The translations under genes were made by a program, and so were the position numbers. The notes beneath the pieces were generated by a model. The model ran no database searches. It was not told where the DNA came from and worked only from the letters and a program-made list of their open reading frames with translations. Positions 1-9,373 of a DNA stretch of 56,426 nucleotides are shown here, piece after piece. Origin of the DNA: a virus (lineage: Duplodnaviria > Caudoviricetes); IMG/VR virus record IMGVR_UViG_3300020408_000007, positions 1 to 56,426 of that record, one strand, 5' to 3'. Every line of letters begins with the position of its first letter. Position 1 is the first letter of the stretch.

Positions 1-232
1 TTAATGGTTCAGCGTTATTTAAATTAGTTAGCTCTCTATCTACTAATGCCCAAGTGATACCCTTGTCTTGCCAAACCTTAGGGTCACTTGATAACATCGC
101 AGAACCATTTTTATCTACGCCTGTTACAAGTCGAAAGGCTGCATCAAAAGATTGTGCGCTCGTAGGCTCACCGTACAGTACGAACTGGCAGTCTGGGTCT
201 AGTGCTAAAATTGCTTCTGATACTGTTGCCAT
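1..232 (-). CDS. Partial ORF, putative tail fibre assembly/chaperone-like protein (runs off window start)
   Basis: Not in the ORF track. ATG at 232 reads MATVSEAILALDPDCQFVLYGEP...ITWALVDRELTNLNNAEPL, open to position 1, and directly follows the tail-tip array. Confidence 0.5.
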   Translation of the reverse strand, partial: MATVSEAILALDPDCQFVLYGEPTSAQSFDAAFRLVTGVDKNGSAMLSSDPKVWQDKGITWALVDRELTNLNNAEPL

Positions 233-235
233 AAT

Positions 236-745
236 TTAACCTACAAACCTAAATGTTGCCCAATTATAGGGAACATGACTAGAATCAACCGTGCTTGAGT
301 AAAAATTTTTAGTGTGTTCAGGCTTAAAATACAGTTCATCGTTTGCAGAGCATTCTATGGTAAAAGAAGCCCCCGCAATTGCACGGGCGTTAGTGTAAAA
401 TCGAGTTAGTTTTGCCTCAGTGCCGCCGCTATTTCTTACAGGGAATATTCCATAGGCATCACTGTTGTTTTCAGTTAAAGAAGCAAGTTCAACTTGGTAT
501 AACCCCGCCACAGGACAGGTAAATTTATAGGTAGAAGTGTTAAAATGATTGCCATTATTCACAACAGCGACAGAAAAATCTAATATGGCATTAGCTGCTT
601 TTGATACATAGGAGTTTGAAGCGGCAAAAGTAACAAAAGCGTAGGGAATTACAGGTCTTGAAACCCTGCCACTGCTGTCAATCGACAGCGCGGTGTTCGA
701 GTTCGTTGGGTCTTGGATTTCGGTGACTTTTAATATGCTAGTCAT
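236..745 (-). CDS. Tail-tip / C1q-like domain protein
   Basis: C1q-like motif FNTSTYKFTCPVAGLYQV; shared N-terminal MTSILKVTEI module. Confidence 0.7.
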   Translation of the reverse strand: MTSILKVTEIQDPTNSNTALSIDSSGRVSRPVIPYAFVTFAASNSYVSKAANAILDFSVAVVNNGNHFNTSTYKFTCPVAGLYQVELASLTENNSDAYGIFPVRNSGGTEAKLTRFYTNARAIAGASFTIECSANDELYFKPEHTKNFYSSTVDSSHVPYNWATFRFVG

Positions 746-754
746 CTTGTTCTC

Positions 755-1246
755 TTATCCTATCAAATACCCAGAAAATATTGTATCAGCGGCTGCCGCA
801 AAGTAATCAGCAGCTCCGCCAGAAGTCACAGTAAGCTCATCCCCTGCGGCAAGAGCATGTATTGCTGAAAAGGATATATTGCCATAACCTGTTGAAGATA
901 CTTCTTCAAAGTATCCTCTTTGGATTCTTGTGCCGTTTTTCTTAAGCTCAATATTTATGCTTTCATTTCCACTCGTATCATCACGAACAACTCCAAAATG
1001 CACTGCAATAAAATAGTTGCCGCTTACAGGAACAACATATTTATAGTTTGTTGTATCAAAAGCATTTCCCACATTTATTGTAGTATTGTCGTATGGAATA
1101 GGACTTGTGGTTTGATAATTGCCGTCATCAGCGTAAGCGTGAAAAGCTGGTGTTGCTGGTTTGAACACACGCCCACTGCTATCAATGGACAGCGCGGCTG
1201 TGCCGCTGGAGTTCTGGATGTTATCAACTTTGACTATGCTAGTCAT
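755..1246 (-). CDS. Tail-tip / C1q-like domain protein
   Basis: PAFHA...NVGNAFDTTNYKYVVPVSGNYF...FSGYLIG, a typical C1q/TNF-like signature. Confidence 0.75.
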   Translation of the reverse strand: MTSIVKVDNIQNSSGTAALSIDSSGRVFKPATPAFHAYADDGNYQTTSPIPYDNTTINVGNAFDTTNYKYVVPVSGNYFIAVHFGVVRDDTSGNESINIELKKNGTRIQRGYFEEVSSTGYGNISFSAIHALAAGDELTVTSGGAADYFAAAADTIFSGYLIG

Positions 1247-1788
1247 CCGCCAATCTCCATAACAGTAAGTGTTGATACACCGCGAGCATCATAACCACCT
1301 GAATTATTTAAATCTCTATGGGTTCTATTAATATGGCATGAGTGACTTTGATCTGCTCTTGTAGCAAATTGAACTTTATAAGTAACAGTAGATGCAGTAT
1401 TAGGTGAATCAAGATGTTGGGCTGAAAGAAATAACATTTGATAAGCACTTGAGCCTATAATATTAGAAGAAAAACTAAAGCTACTTGTACTTCTAGTAAA
1501 TGAAGCCGATCCATCAGGAAGATGAATAGCTGTTCCGTTTCTTACAAATCTACAAAAATTAAAATACGAGTCGCTACTTGCTGCTATACAGCAAGACAAA
1601 AGAAATTTAGAGCTAGATGATTTTGGTGTTATGCTTATGCTCAGATTTGTAATATCTGTAAATGAACTACTAGTTGAAGTTTGAGTTCCAGTAAAATTTA
1701 CAGATTGAATATTAATAATATGACCCGGAATTTCCACCCCGTTGTTTGTGGTCTTCTCATTTATTGTATCTACAAATAATGTTGACAT
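1243..1788 (-). CDS. Tail-fibre tip domain protein
   Basis: N-terminal MSTLFVDTI module; ITPKSSSSKFL and LDSPNTASTVTYKVQ motifs typical of marine phage fibre tips; paralog of 3066..3536. Confidence 0.6.
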   Translation of the reverse strand: MSTLFVDTINEKTTNNGVEIPGHIINIQSVNFTGTQTSTSSSFTDITNLSISITPKSSSSKFLLSCCIAASSDSYFNFCRFVRNGTAIHLPDGSASFTRSTSSFSFSSNIIGSSAYQMLFLSAQHLDSPNTASTVTYKVQFATRADQSHSCHINRTHRDLNNSGGYDARGVSTLTVMEIGG

Positions 1789-1796
1789 GACTTAGC

Positions 1797-2330
1797 CTAT
1801 TTAATCTTAGTTATTTGAACTTGAGTAAAAATAGAACCATCTAGCCCAGAAACTTGACTGTTGGTTGCTACCCCAAATCCATATTGAGAAAAAGTACTTT
1901 CAGTAAAATGTCTTACTTTATAAGTTGTATTTGATGTTGGGGTCACTACAGCATAACCTGTTGAAACAGAATGACCGTTATAAGTGCTAACCGCGTAAAC
2001 ACTTGCGCCACGCGAAACTACAGCAGAGTTTGTAACATCATAAAGCTGTGCTTGATTTCTATTAACTTTATATGCTGGACAACTATAAATAATACTGTAA
2101 GTTCCAGCACCTAAAATAAATTGATTAGATGATATTGTTACAATGTTGTCTGGGTCATGTAGTTTTGTGTTTAAATCTCTATCATTTACTGTGTTTGCCG
2201 TAGACGCCCCACCATCTGCATTATACGCTTTTTTGTCAGCTATAATAGCTACAGAATAACTATGCACATCTACCTTTGCAGCGGTTCCCGACGCAGTTTT
2301 TATCTGGTCTACATTTAGTATCGAAGCCAT
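1797..2330 (-). CDS. Tail-fibre tip domain protein
   Basis: MASILNVDQI module; RDLNTKLHDPDNIVTISSNQFILGAGTY domain shared with the C-terminus of 3546..4400. Confidence 0.6.
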   Translation of the reverse strand: MASILNVDQIKTASGTAAKVDVHSYSVAIIADKKAYNADGGASTANTVNDRDLNTKLHDPDNIVTISSNQFILGAGTYSIIYSCPAYKVNRNQAQLYDVTNSAVVSRGASVYAVSTYNGHSVSTGYAVVTPTSNTTYKVRHFTESTFSQYGFGVATNSQVSGLDGSIFTQVQITKIK

Positions 2331-2337
2331 CTGCGCC

Positions 2338-3066
2338 TCACAGTATTGTTAGATTACCACTTACGGTAATTGTAGTTGATGAATCTATGGTCAGCGGACC
2401 AATAGCTAATGCGTTCTTGGTTGATGCTATTGTAGTATCTTCGTCTACTGTTTGTCCATTGGTTCGGAATACAGCCGTATCAACCGTGGTGTTTGTAGTC
2501 TGAAATTGTGTTGCTGTAATCTCAGCCGCAAATGTACCGCCGCTAGACTTGCTGACTGTATCAGTCACAGTAAAAGCACGGAAGGCGCGGATGACTAACT
2601 CATCGTTTACCGCTGCACCAGAACCAAGTGTGATCGTATCACCATTGCTGGCGGTAAAGTCTGAACTGTCAAGATGCACACCGTTTAGGTATACGTCCAC
2701 ATCGTTACCAGAGAAGGCCAGTATTGCACCGTTAGCATCTGCACCTGTAAACGCAGTCTGACTTGCTGTTGCTGTGTACTTGAACAACTGCATACCAAAG
2801 CTGGTAGGCTGATCTACAGCACGACCAAAGTAGCGAACCTGTATTACATCGCCATTAGCTGGCGCAGAAGAGAAGGTTAGTGTCGTGCCTTGCGCTGTAT
2901 ACGCCTTGCCTATCCCTGGCTCTTGAATGACGTTACCAATAACAACCATAATAGCTTCTCCACTGACAACGCTTTGCGCCAGCGTAAACGCAGTTGCGCT
3001 TCCAGTGCCTGTAAAGGTCTGAAAGCTGATGTCACCTACGTTTGGGTCAATACCTATATATGCCAT
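2338..3066 (-). CDS. Tail fibre / adaptor protein
   Basis: MAYIG start, beta-rich repeats (FTGTGSATAFTL; DVYLNGVHL), C-terminal FRTN...GPLTI...TVSGNLTIL motif. Confidence 0.6.
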   Translation of the reverse strand: MAYIGIDPNVGDISFQTFTGTGSATAFTLAQSVVSGEAIMVVIGNVIQEPGIGKAYTAQGTTLTFSSAPANGDVIQVRYFGRAVDQPTSFGMQLFKYTATASQTAFTGADANGAILAFSGNDVDVYLNGVHLDSSDFTASNGDTITLGSGAAVNDELVIRAFRAFTVTDTVSKSSGGTFAAEITATQFQTTNTTVDTAVFRTNGQTVDEDTTIASTKNALAIGPLTIDSSTTITVSGNLTIL

Positions 3067-3536
3067 TAGCCTGCAATCTCTTTAAGTATTATTATTTGGG
3101 AAGAGCCACCACTGCCAGTTCCCCAACCATGAAAAACAGAGTTTGAACCATTCATGCTCTTGAACCTAAGTCTATAAGTTGTTGCGCTAGTTGTAGACGG
3201 GCTGTCTAAAAAATTAATTACCATTGGTTGCCAACCACCAGTTTGTTGGTTTGCTTGAAAAATTTCACCTGTATTTAAATCTACACCAGAACCTCCACTT
3301 ATGGTTCTGTTTAGGCCGTACAATCCTATGTCACCACTTGAAGAGGTGTAAGACTGAGTTGAAATTGTTACCAATATCTTGCTTGAAGTTGAAGAAGGTG
3401 TGATGGTTGCCACTAAACTTGTGTCGCTAAGAGATGTGTTAGCTGTACTCTCTTGGGTATTTGTCAAAACCTGTTGAACCACTTGCAACACAGAGCCAGC
3501 GGGTAAAGAGCTTGTTTGTATTTTGCTTAATGGCAT
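3066..3536 (-). CDS. Tail-fibre tip domain protein
   Basis: GSVLQVVQ...ITPSSTSSKILV...LDSPSTTSATTY...EIAG; paralog of 1243..1788. Confidence 0.6.
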   Translation of the reverse strand: MPLSKIQTSSLPAGSVLQVVQQVLTNTQESTANTSLSDTSLVATITPSSTSSKILVTISTQSYTSSSGDIGLYGLNRTISGGSGVDLNTGEIFQANQQTGGWQPMVINFLDSPSTTSATTYRLRFKSMNGSNSVFHGWGTGSGGSSQIIILKEIAG

Positions 3537-3545
3537 TTCAAACTC

Positions 3546-4400
3546 CTATCCCATCTTTGTAATCTTGACTTGAGTATAAATACTATCCACGCCAGAGAGT
3601 GATGCGTTCACTCCCAGCCCGTTGCTGCTTTTTCCTGATTCTATATAATGAACAATCTTGTAGGTAGTGTTTGAAGTTATAACGACTCTGGCATAACCAA
3701 AACTAGAACCATATCCACCATTAGTGCCGTGTGAATATTCCATAGAGCCATATTGAACTGATGCACTATTTGTTACATCGTAGAGTTGAGCAATGTGCCT
3801 ATCTCCAAAATAGGAGGGTGCAGAAAATTCTATAATATACGTTCCTGCACCTAATATAAATTGGTTAGATGATATTGTGACAATGTTATCAGGGTCGAAT
3901 AGTTTAGTGTTTAAGTCCCTGTTGTTTCCGCCACTGCCCCATGATATTGATGTACCCCCGCTTGTACTGTTAGATTTTACATCAGCTATAACTGCCACAG
4001 AGATCGGGGTCTGAGCCGCCCCGCTTGCTAACTTATCAGATGTTACAGCATCATCAGCTATCTTCGCTGTAGTCACCGCACTAGCCGCCAGCTTCGCAGT
4101 TGTAATAGAAAGATCTGGTGCTTCCAGACGTGTAGTTACTTCTGCCTGACCACGGTAGATAACGTACACATTGCCTGTACCAGAAGGCGGAGCTTCATCA
4201 AACGTCAGGGTAGTTCCTGTGGCTGTGTATGATTTACCAGATCCAGGCTCCTGTTGCACGTTGCCAACAAATACTTCTAGCTCCTCACCAGTGTTCACGG
4301 CGCGGTTAAGTGTGAACGCGGTCGCCGAACCTGTGCCGTTGAAGGATTGGCTTGTCGTCTTTGTTAACTGTTTATTTGGTTGTGCGCCTATGTATGCCAT
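3546..4400 (-). CDS. Tail fibre protein (anchor + AVTTAKI linker + tip domain)
   Basis: MAYIG N-domain like 2338..3066; ITTAKLAASAVTTAKIADDAVTSDKL repeat; C-domain like 1797..2330. Confidence 0.65.
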   Translation of the reverse strand: MAYIGAQPNKQLTKTTSQSFNGTGSATAFTLNRAVNTGEELEVFVGNVQQEPGSGKSYTATGTTLTFDEAPPSGTGNVYVIYRGQAEVTTRLEAPDLSITTAKLAASAVTTAKIADDAVTSDKLASGAAQTPISVAVIADVKSNSTSGGTSISWGSGGNNRDLNTKLFDPDNIVTISSNQFILGAGTYIIEFSAPSYFGDRHIAQLYDVTNSASVQYGSMEYSHGTNGGYGSSFGYARVVITSNTTYKIVHYIESGKSSNGLGVNASLSGVDSIYTQVKITKMG

Positions 4401-4403
4401 TTC

Positions 4404-4907
4404 TTAGCCCACCAAATATCCGCTAAACTGACCATAGGCTTCAAAGTCCCAGCTTGTGTCACCCCCAACATACACTAGATTTGTGATTGCCACATTTGCG
4501 GCAAGTTCAAATATCCCTGAATATGTCATTGAGTGATGTGGACCTTCATTAGATTCAATAACATAAGCCTGAGCATTAGTTGCGACAGTGCCGTCAAAAG
4601 CTATGTTTGTAATTATGTAAATTCCTGAATTAGCGTGATCTATTCTCATGTTATAGTTAATGTGATATAGGCCAGCGACAGGCGTTGTATATGCGTAAGT
4701 GCTGGTATTAAAATTCCCGTCATTTATGATGGCGGTATTCCACGGACAGGTTATATACGCATTTTGTGTGGTTTGTGCGGCTGTCCCTGTTCTACCCGCA
4801 GACCATACTGGCCTAGCAGGAGTAAGAACATGCCCACTACTATCAATGGTTATAGCATCTGTGCCGTTGGTGTGTTGTATGGTCTGTACGCCTAGTTCTG
4901 ATGCCAT
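4404..4907 (-). CDS. Tail-tip / C1q-like domain protein
   Basis: FNTSTYAYTTPVAGLYHI...FSGYLVG. Confidence 0.7.
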   Translation of the reverse strand: MASELGVQTIQHTNGTDAITIDSSGHVLTPARPVWSAGRTGTAAQTTQNAYITCPWNTAIINDGNFNTSTYAYTTPVAGLYHINYNMRIDHANSGIYIITNIAFDGTVATNAQAYVIESNEGPHHSMTYSGIFELAANVAITNLVYVGGDTSWDFEAYGQFSGYLVG

Positions 4908-4910
4908 AAC

Positions 4911-5450
4911 TTACCCCACCTTAAACATAGATACATATGTATCATTGTTAATACTGACATTGGAATCCCCAGAGTGTTGATAAAACCAAGCCAAAAACAA
5001 TCCAGAAGTTAAATACAGCATTCCTGTTGCGGTAAACGCATCGTATGACGTATTACCACTGCCTTGAGTTAATGTTCTAGCATACGTAATTCCAGTGCTG
5101 GTTCCTGAAGAATCAGTTGATTCAAAATTCATATAATAATAAGAGCCAGCGAAACTATCCAGTCTGCCGTCAATACCATAGAAGTAATAACCAGTTGCAG
5201 GGATAGTTATTACACCAGTGCTAATGTTTAAAACAGTGCCTCCCGCACCATCAGTATTAAACCCTCCTGCACCGGGAACTGCATATTGACTAAACCTTGT
5301 TCCACCCGATGTAATAGTTTGAGTTGGGTTTATCTTAGCGCGAAAACCAACTGGACTACCTTGACTTAATCGACTGTTGCTATCGATAGTTAACGCAGAC
5401 GCAGCAGAGGTCTTGCCATGTATTTCATCTACAAGAATACGACTAGACAA
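4911..5450 (-). CDS. Tail-tip / C1q-like domain protein
   Basis: MSSRILVDEI module; TGVITIPATGYYF. Confidence 0.55.
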   Translation of the reverse strand: MSSRILVDEIHGKTSAASALTIDSNSRLSQGSPVGFRAKINPTQTITSGGTRFSQYAVPGAGGFNTDGAGGTVLNISTGVITIPATGYYFYGIDGRLDSFAGSYYYMNFESTDSSGTSTGITYARTLTQGSGNTSYDAFTATGMLYLTSGLFLAWFYQHSGDSNVSINNDTYVSMFKVG

Positions 5451-5655
5451 CGGTTAGCACTCCATTAACAGTGATTGTAGCGGAGATGGTTATCGGCCCA
5501 AACGCCCCTGCGTTTTCTGTAGAGGCCACAGTCAGGTCGCTAGTAATGCTAGTAGCGTTTGTGCGAAACGGGTTAGTGGTGGTTGATGCTGCAATATCTA
5601 CGTTAGAAACACCGCCGTCTTTTATCTGATTTGTATTAATCGTGCTAAGTGCCAT
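5443..5655 (-). CDS. Short tail adaptor-like protein
   Basis: C-terminal FRTN...GPITI...TVNGVLTVV motif shared with 2338..3066. Confidence 0.5.
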   Translation of the reverse strand: MALSTINTNQIKDGGVSNVDIAASTTTNPFRTNATSITSDLTVASTENAGAFGPITISATITVNGVLTVV

Positions 5656-5984
5656 TAGGTAATCTCCAATACAGACAGTGTAACATCTGCTGCTGACGCT
5701 TGACTTGCTGTTATTCTCAAAATGTCGGAAGCATTCATCACAATTTTTTGATCGCCGCCAACCGCCACTAATGACGAGCCAACAGGGACAATAGCTGACT
5801 TTACAATGTGTACATTGTCGCCATCGTTATTGATTAGCTGTACATTTACTGTGATTGAAACCGCCAATATGTTAGCTATGTTCAAGCCGATTATTGTTGT
5901 TTCAGTCGCGCTGGGGCAGGTGTAGACATCGGCGTTTCCAGTGCCTACCGCCGTATCTGTGAAAGTCTTAAACGCATTTGCCAT
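5655..5984 (-). CDS. Putative virion structural protein
   Basis: Beta-rich small protein, translationally coupled within the tail operon. Confidence 0.5.
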   Translation of the reverse strand: MANAFKTFTDTAVGTGNADVYTCPSATETTIIGLNIANILAVSITVNVQLINNDGDNVHIVKSAIVPVGSSLVAVGGDQKIVMNASDILRITASQASAADVTLSVLEIT

Positions 5985-5988
5985 GTCA

Positions 5989-6369
5989 CTATCCTAACGC
6001 TATTGCGAACGCCAACGCATTCGGGTCTTGCTCTGTAAAGTTCTGCGCTACATTACTTGCATTATTAAATATCATCTTCTCTGCTGGCAACGTACAGAAG
6101 ATGGTGCGGGTGCCTGATGTCCAACTAACAGCGGCATCAGAATTACTAGACTGCAAAATTGTGGTACGGGCCAAGGTTGTACCAGATGCAGTATAGGTGC
6201 CGATACCTATTTCAAAGTCAGTTCCGTCTGTACAGCAATAGTATGTAGTGTTTGTATTACCTATCTGGCTGAAAGCCTCAAAACCACCTACAGCACCAGC
6301 AAGCGTATAAGTGCCTGTGCCAGTGGTAGTTGTAGTTTCTTTTATGCGGTCTTTCAGAACAAGGGCCAT
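5989..6369 (-). CDS. Putative tail protein
   Basis: MALVLKDRIKETTTTTGTGTYTLAGA N-terminus typical of marine phage tail proteins; ends ALAFAIALG. Confidence 0.55.
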   Translation of the reverse strand: MALVLKDRIKETTTTTGTGTYTLAGAVGGFEAFSQIGNTNTTYYCCTDGTDFEIGIGTYTASGTTLARTTILQSSNSDAAVSWTSGTRTIFCTLPAEKMIFNNASNVAQNFTEQDPNALAFAIALG

Positions 6370-6809
6370 TACTTCAATTCAATAGTTAAGTTGTTTGAGT
6401 TAATACGAAAAACATCACCTGTAGCGATTGTTTTTGAAGCATCTAACGCACCAATAAACAATATGTTTCCACCACTTGAGGCATCTGCAATAAAGGCATG
6501 TGTAACTACATTTGTTGTTCCTGTGGATGCCGGAAACTCAAAGTTGTTAGTGTTTTTTATTGTCTGCTGATCTGTGCTAGAACTTGCTAAAGTCCAATCT
6601 GCCGCAACAATTTGCTTTCTTGTATAACTACCAAAAGTGGCTTCAGTCAAAGAGCCAGCTTCTGCGTCAGAAACAGCGGTTGCTAGTCCAACATAAATGC
6701 TGTCTCCTGGTGAAGCAAAAGTTGTACCACTAATAGCGGCATTGTTTTTAAAAATAAAATTGAGCAGTCGATGCTCAAGATACGTGGTTGCTGCGTTACT
6801 CGTTGCCAT
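6369..6809 (-). CDS. Putative tail structural protein
   Basis: YVGLATA...FPAS...DASSGGNILF...KTIATGDVF motif pattern of phage tail proteins. Confidence 0.55.
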   Translation of the reverse strand: MATSNAATTYLEHRLLNFIFKNNAAISGTTFASPGDSIYVGLATAVSDAEAGSLTEATFGSYTRKQIVAADWTLASSSTDQQTIKNTNNFEFPASTGTTNVVTHAFIADASSGGNILFIGALDASKTIATGDVFRINSNNLTIELK

Positions 6810-6818
6810 TTGTTACTC

Positions 6819-7466
6819 CTAAGTCCTTGGCTGATCTGGTAAACCTCTACGATATGCGTCTGAGTTTTCTCTAGCTTCTGCTAAATCTTTAAGCCGCATT
6901 AACTCTTGCCCAAATCTTTGTTCATAAAGTTGCATCATATCCTGTTCACCCTTCATGTAAGTATACGCTTCCACGAGTGAACCGTAAAGCAAGGCGTTAG
7001 GAGCATTTTCTCCTAACCAAGATGTCGCAGAATCTGTTCCTGCAGTTATACTTGCTGGTCGATAATAGTAATGTAATTCGACGGTGTAATTGTCATCTGG
7101 GGTGGGGCCGACAATAAAATTATCTATATCAAAAATTCCGTAATATTTGGGAAGTCCGTTTGCCCCAACGTCTAAATGATATTGTTGAACAAAGTTTACG
7201 TCTTTAAAAAGAAGAAAATCTTGTTTTGTTGCGGTAGTAATCTGTAAGGAAAATGGTGCTAAATAATCTAATGGGCAACTTAAAAAAGGGTCGTTTGAAG
7301 ATAAAGCAGATGTAGCGTTTTTACGAAACAACTCCAAATCCACTAATGAAAAAATTCGGTCCTCAACACCTCTTATAAAAATAGGCAAATTGGTGACAAA
7401 AGATGTTTCACTATTGTCTGTGAAATCTTGTATTGCCTGTTTTAGTTGTGCGTATGTAAATGACAT
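6819..7466 (-). CDS. Head-tail adaptor / tail tubular-like protein
   Basis: MSFTYAQLKQAIQDF...GPTPD..Y.VELHY...ALLYGSLVEAY; position in the tail operon. Confidence 0.55.
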   Translation of the reverse strand: MSFTYAQLKQAIQDFTDNSETSFVTNLPIFIRGVEDRIFSLVDLELFRKNATSALSSNDPFLSCPLDYLAPFSLQITTATKQDFLLFKDVNFVQQYHLDVGANGLPKYYGIFDIDNFIVGPTPDDNYTVELHYYYRPASITAGTDSATSWLGENAPNALLYGSLVEAYTYMKGEQDMMQLYEQRFGQELMRLKDLAEARENSDAYRRGLPDQPRT

Positions 7467-7478
7467 GTTACCCGCTCA

Positions 7479-8129
7479 CTATACTATTGCTATGTTTCCA
7501 ACCATGCCGCCATGCACTGTACACTGATATACTAAAGAAGTGTCACTTGGCTCATGTGGGACAATGAATTGAGTTAGTCCAGTAGTGCTGTTGTAGTTAT
7601 CTGTAACCCCTGTCGTAAAAGCGGAGCCTCCAGCCGCAGTTCGTATCTGCAAAGGATGACTACCAACATGAGAGGTGTTATCGATTAGATAAGTGTGGCC
7701 CTTGTAAAATGTAAAATTAGGGTTATTGCCAGCGGTTGCCCCTGGACCAGAGAATTGATAAGCAGAACCATTTGCTGATGTTGTTGTGTATTTAGTCACA
7801 GGACCAGTGGTTTCATCATTTAATCTAATCCAAACTCCACCATGAGCAAAATACAATCCACCAGTTGCGTGAACGTGAGCTATTGCTCCATGATATGTTG
7901 AAGCACTTGGCAAATCAGTCAGGGCGTTATAGTAGAAAACAATTTTATTTGCCCCAGCACTTACGTCCAATAAACCCGCAGTATTGATAATGTCTGTCAG
8001 CGTTGTCCCGTTGCCCAGCGCATTGTAGATTTCGTTGAAGTTGTCGTTTATCTTATCCGCTCCGGCACGAAGGGTGTCACCTGTACCGTCATTTGCAGCA
8101 GAGCCAATTCCTACTGTTTGTTTTGCCAT
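7479..8129 (-). CDS. Virion protein with T4 gp9/gp10-like N-terminus and cupredoxin-like C-terminal domain
   Basis: IGSAANDGTGDTLRAGADKINDNFNEIY; C-terminal HPLQI...YQCTVHGGMVG. Confidence 0.6.
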   Translation of the reverse strand: MAKQTVGIGSAANDGTGDTLRAGADKINDNFNEIYNALGNGTTLTDIINTAGLLDVSAGANKIVFYYNALTDLPSASTYHGAIAHVHATGGLYFAHGGVWIRLNDETTGPVTKYTTTSANGSAYQFSGPGATAGNNPNFTFYKGHTYLIDNTSHVGSHPLQIRTAAGGSAFTTGVTDNYNSTTGLTQFIVPHEPSDTSLVYQCTVHGGMVGNIAIV

Positions 8130-8705
8130 TTAACCCTCGTCAAAAGTCTTTGTTGTTGAGTCAAGTTTTACATTTGTGGTATCAAAGGTAGATGCAGAAG
8201 AAGGAGGAGTACTCGTACCTGTATCTACGGTTGCAACTTCTCCTCCGCCTCGTATACCCCCAACTGTAGCCGTTTCCCCAGTGATTATAATTGTGTAGGT
8301 GTTCTCATCAACAACAGTAATTGTGTACCCCGTAGACACTTCAAGCGTTGCCTTTGTAAAACCATCAAACCCATTTACTTTTCTAAATCTCACTGAATCG
8401 GAGGTGCTTCTCCCATGAGAGGGCTCTGTCACAGTAATTACGGGAGACCCAGATGAACTACTCTGAAAACAATTGGGTCTAAGTAACTGAATTACAGAAG
8501 GTTCTGTGCGGTCAACCTTTGCCAATCTTAACCCTTGAGGGTCGGACGGGTGTCTTCTTGGATTTAGTTGTGGATGTTTTTGTTCAAATTCGTCAGGTCC
8601 TACGGCTGCCCCCGTCCATTCAATCATCATTGATGAATACGGGTATCTAAATCCAGACCTATCTGAAATAAAATAAGCTTTTTTTCCACTTGCAAAAGAA
8701 GGCAT
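8130..8705 (-). CDS. Conserved phage virion-associated protein
   Basis: FASGKKAYFISDRSGFRYPY...EQKHPQL N-terminus plus a beta-rich domain; in the structural operon. Confidence 0.5.
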   Translation of the reverse strand: MPSFASGKKAYFISDRSGFRYPYSSMMIEWTGAAVGPDEFEQKHPQLNPRRHPSDPQGLRLAKVDRTEPSVIQLLRPNCFQSSSSGSPVITVTEPSHGRSTSDSVRFRKVNGFDGFTKATLEVSTGYTITVVDENTYTIIITGETATVGGIRGGGEVATVDTGTSTPPSSASTFDTTNVKLDSTTKTFDEG

Positions 8706-9373
8706 TAGTTCACCCTTAAATATTGATAGTTAGGTGAAATATTGAAAGATGATCGGTCGCGATCTTCTGCCCTAGCCCTTTCAAATTCTTCATCGTAAAT
8801 TGCTTTTAAAAGCTGTATTCTATCGGGTGCACGTTTAATCGAAACGTAATAAGCAAGACCCGCCGCCAAACAAGGATAAAATCTAAACGGTAAGTCAAGC
8901 GTATTGTCTAATTGACTTGCGTCGTCCATACGAACAAGAGCGTCATAAATAATAGTGTCAGTGGCATTTTCAGGAGCATTGTATAAAAAAATCTTAGGCG
9001 TCACTTGTCTGTCTAAGAAAAATTGACTTGGCCTGCCCTGTTGAGTCTTATCGGGCAATACAAGATAATCTTGCCTGCTAATCCTATTTAATACCGTATC
9101 TGACCCGCTTCTACGACAAACTGAAGATAAAACATCTATGACATCCGCATCTAAATCGTAGGACGCAGTGCCTTGAGTGAGCGTCAAAGACCGTTGTTTT
9201 ATGGTCCATTGGTTCAAACCACGATTTGCCCAATCTGCTAGAAGCAGATTGAGCGATCGTTTTGCGGTGCGAGCATCGTATCCCGTCTTAAATTCGAGCC
9301 CGCATCGCTCAAAAGCCTCTTCGATATAATCATCGACTTGAAGCTCAAAGTTTTTTGAACCGGACGTTGTCAT
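8705..9373 (-). CDS. Head-tail connector / tail tubular A-like protein
   Basis: IEEAFERCG...ARRSLNL-like, WANRGLNQW, GRPSQFF, PFRFYPCLAAGLAYY. Confidence 0.55.
   Translation of the reverse strand: MTTSGSKNFELQVDDYIEEAFERCGLEFKTGYDARTAKRSLNLLLADWANRGLNQWTIKQRSLTLTQGTASYDLDADVIDVLSSVCRRSGSDTVLNRISRQDYLVLPDKTQQGRPSQFFLDRQVTPKIFLYNAPENATDTIIYDALVRMDDASQLDNTLDLPFRFYPCLAAGLAYYVSIKRAPDRIQLLKAIYDEEFERARAEDRDRSSFNISPNYQYLRVN

Noticed and set aside
1797-4400. Diversity-generating retroelement (TR/VR pair) in tail-tip genes
   Set aside because: No reverse transcriptase in the window; both copies are coding and differ mainly at synonymous positions, not specifically at adenines.
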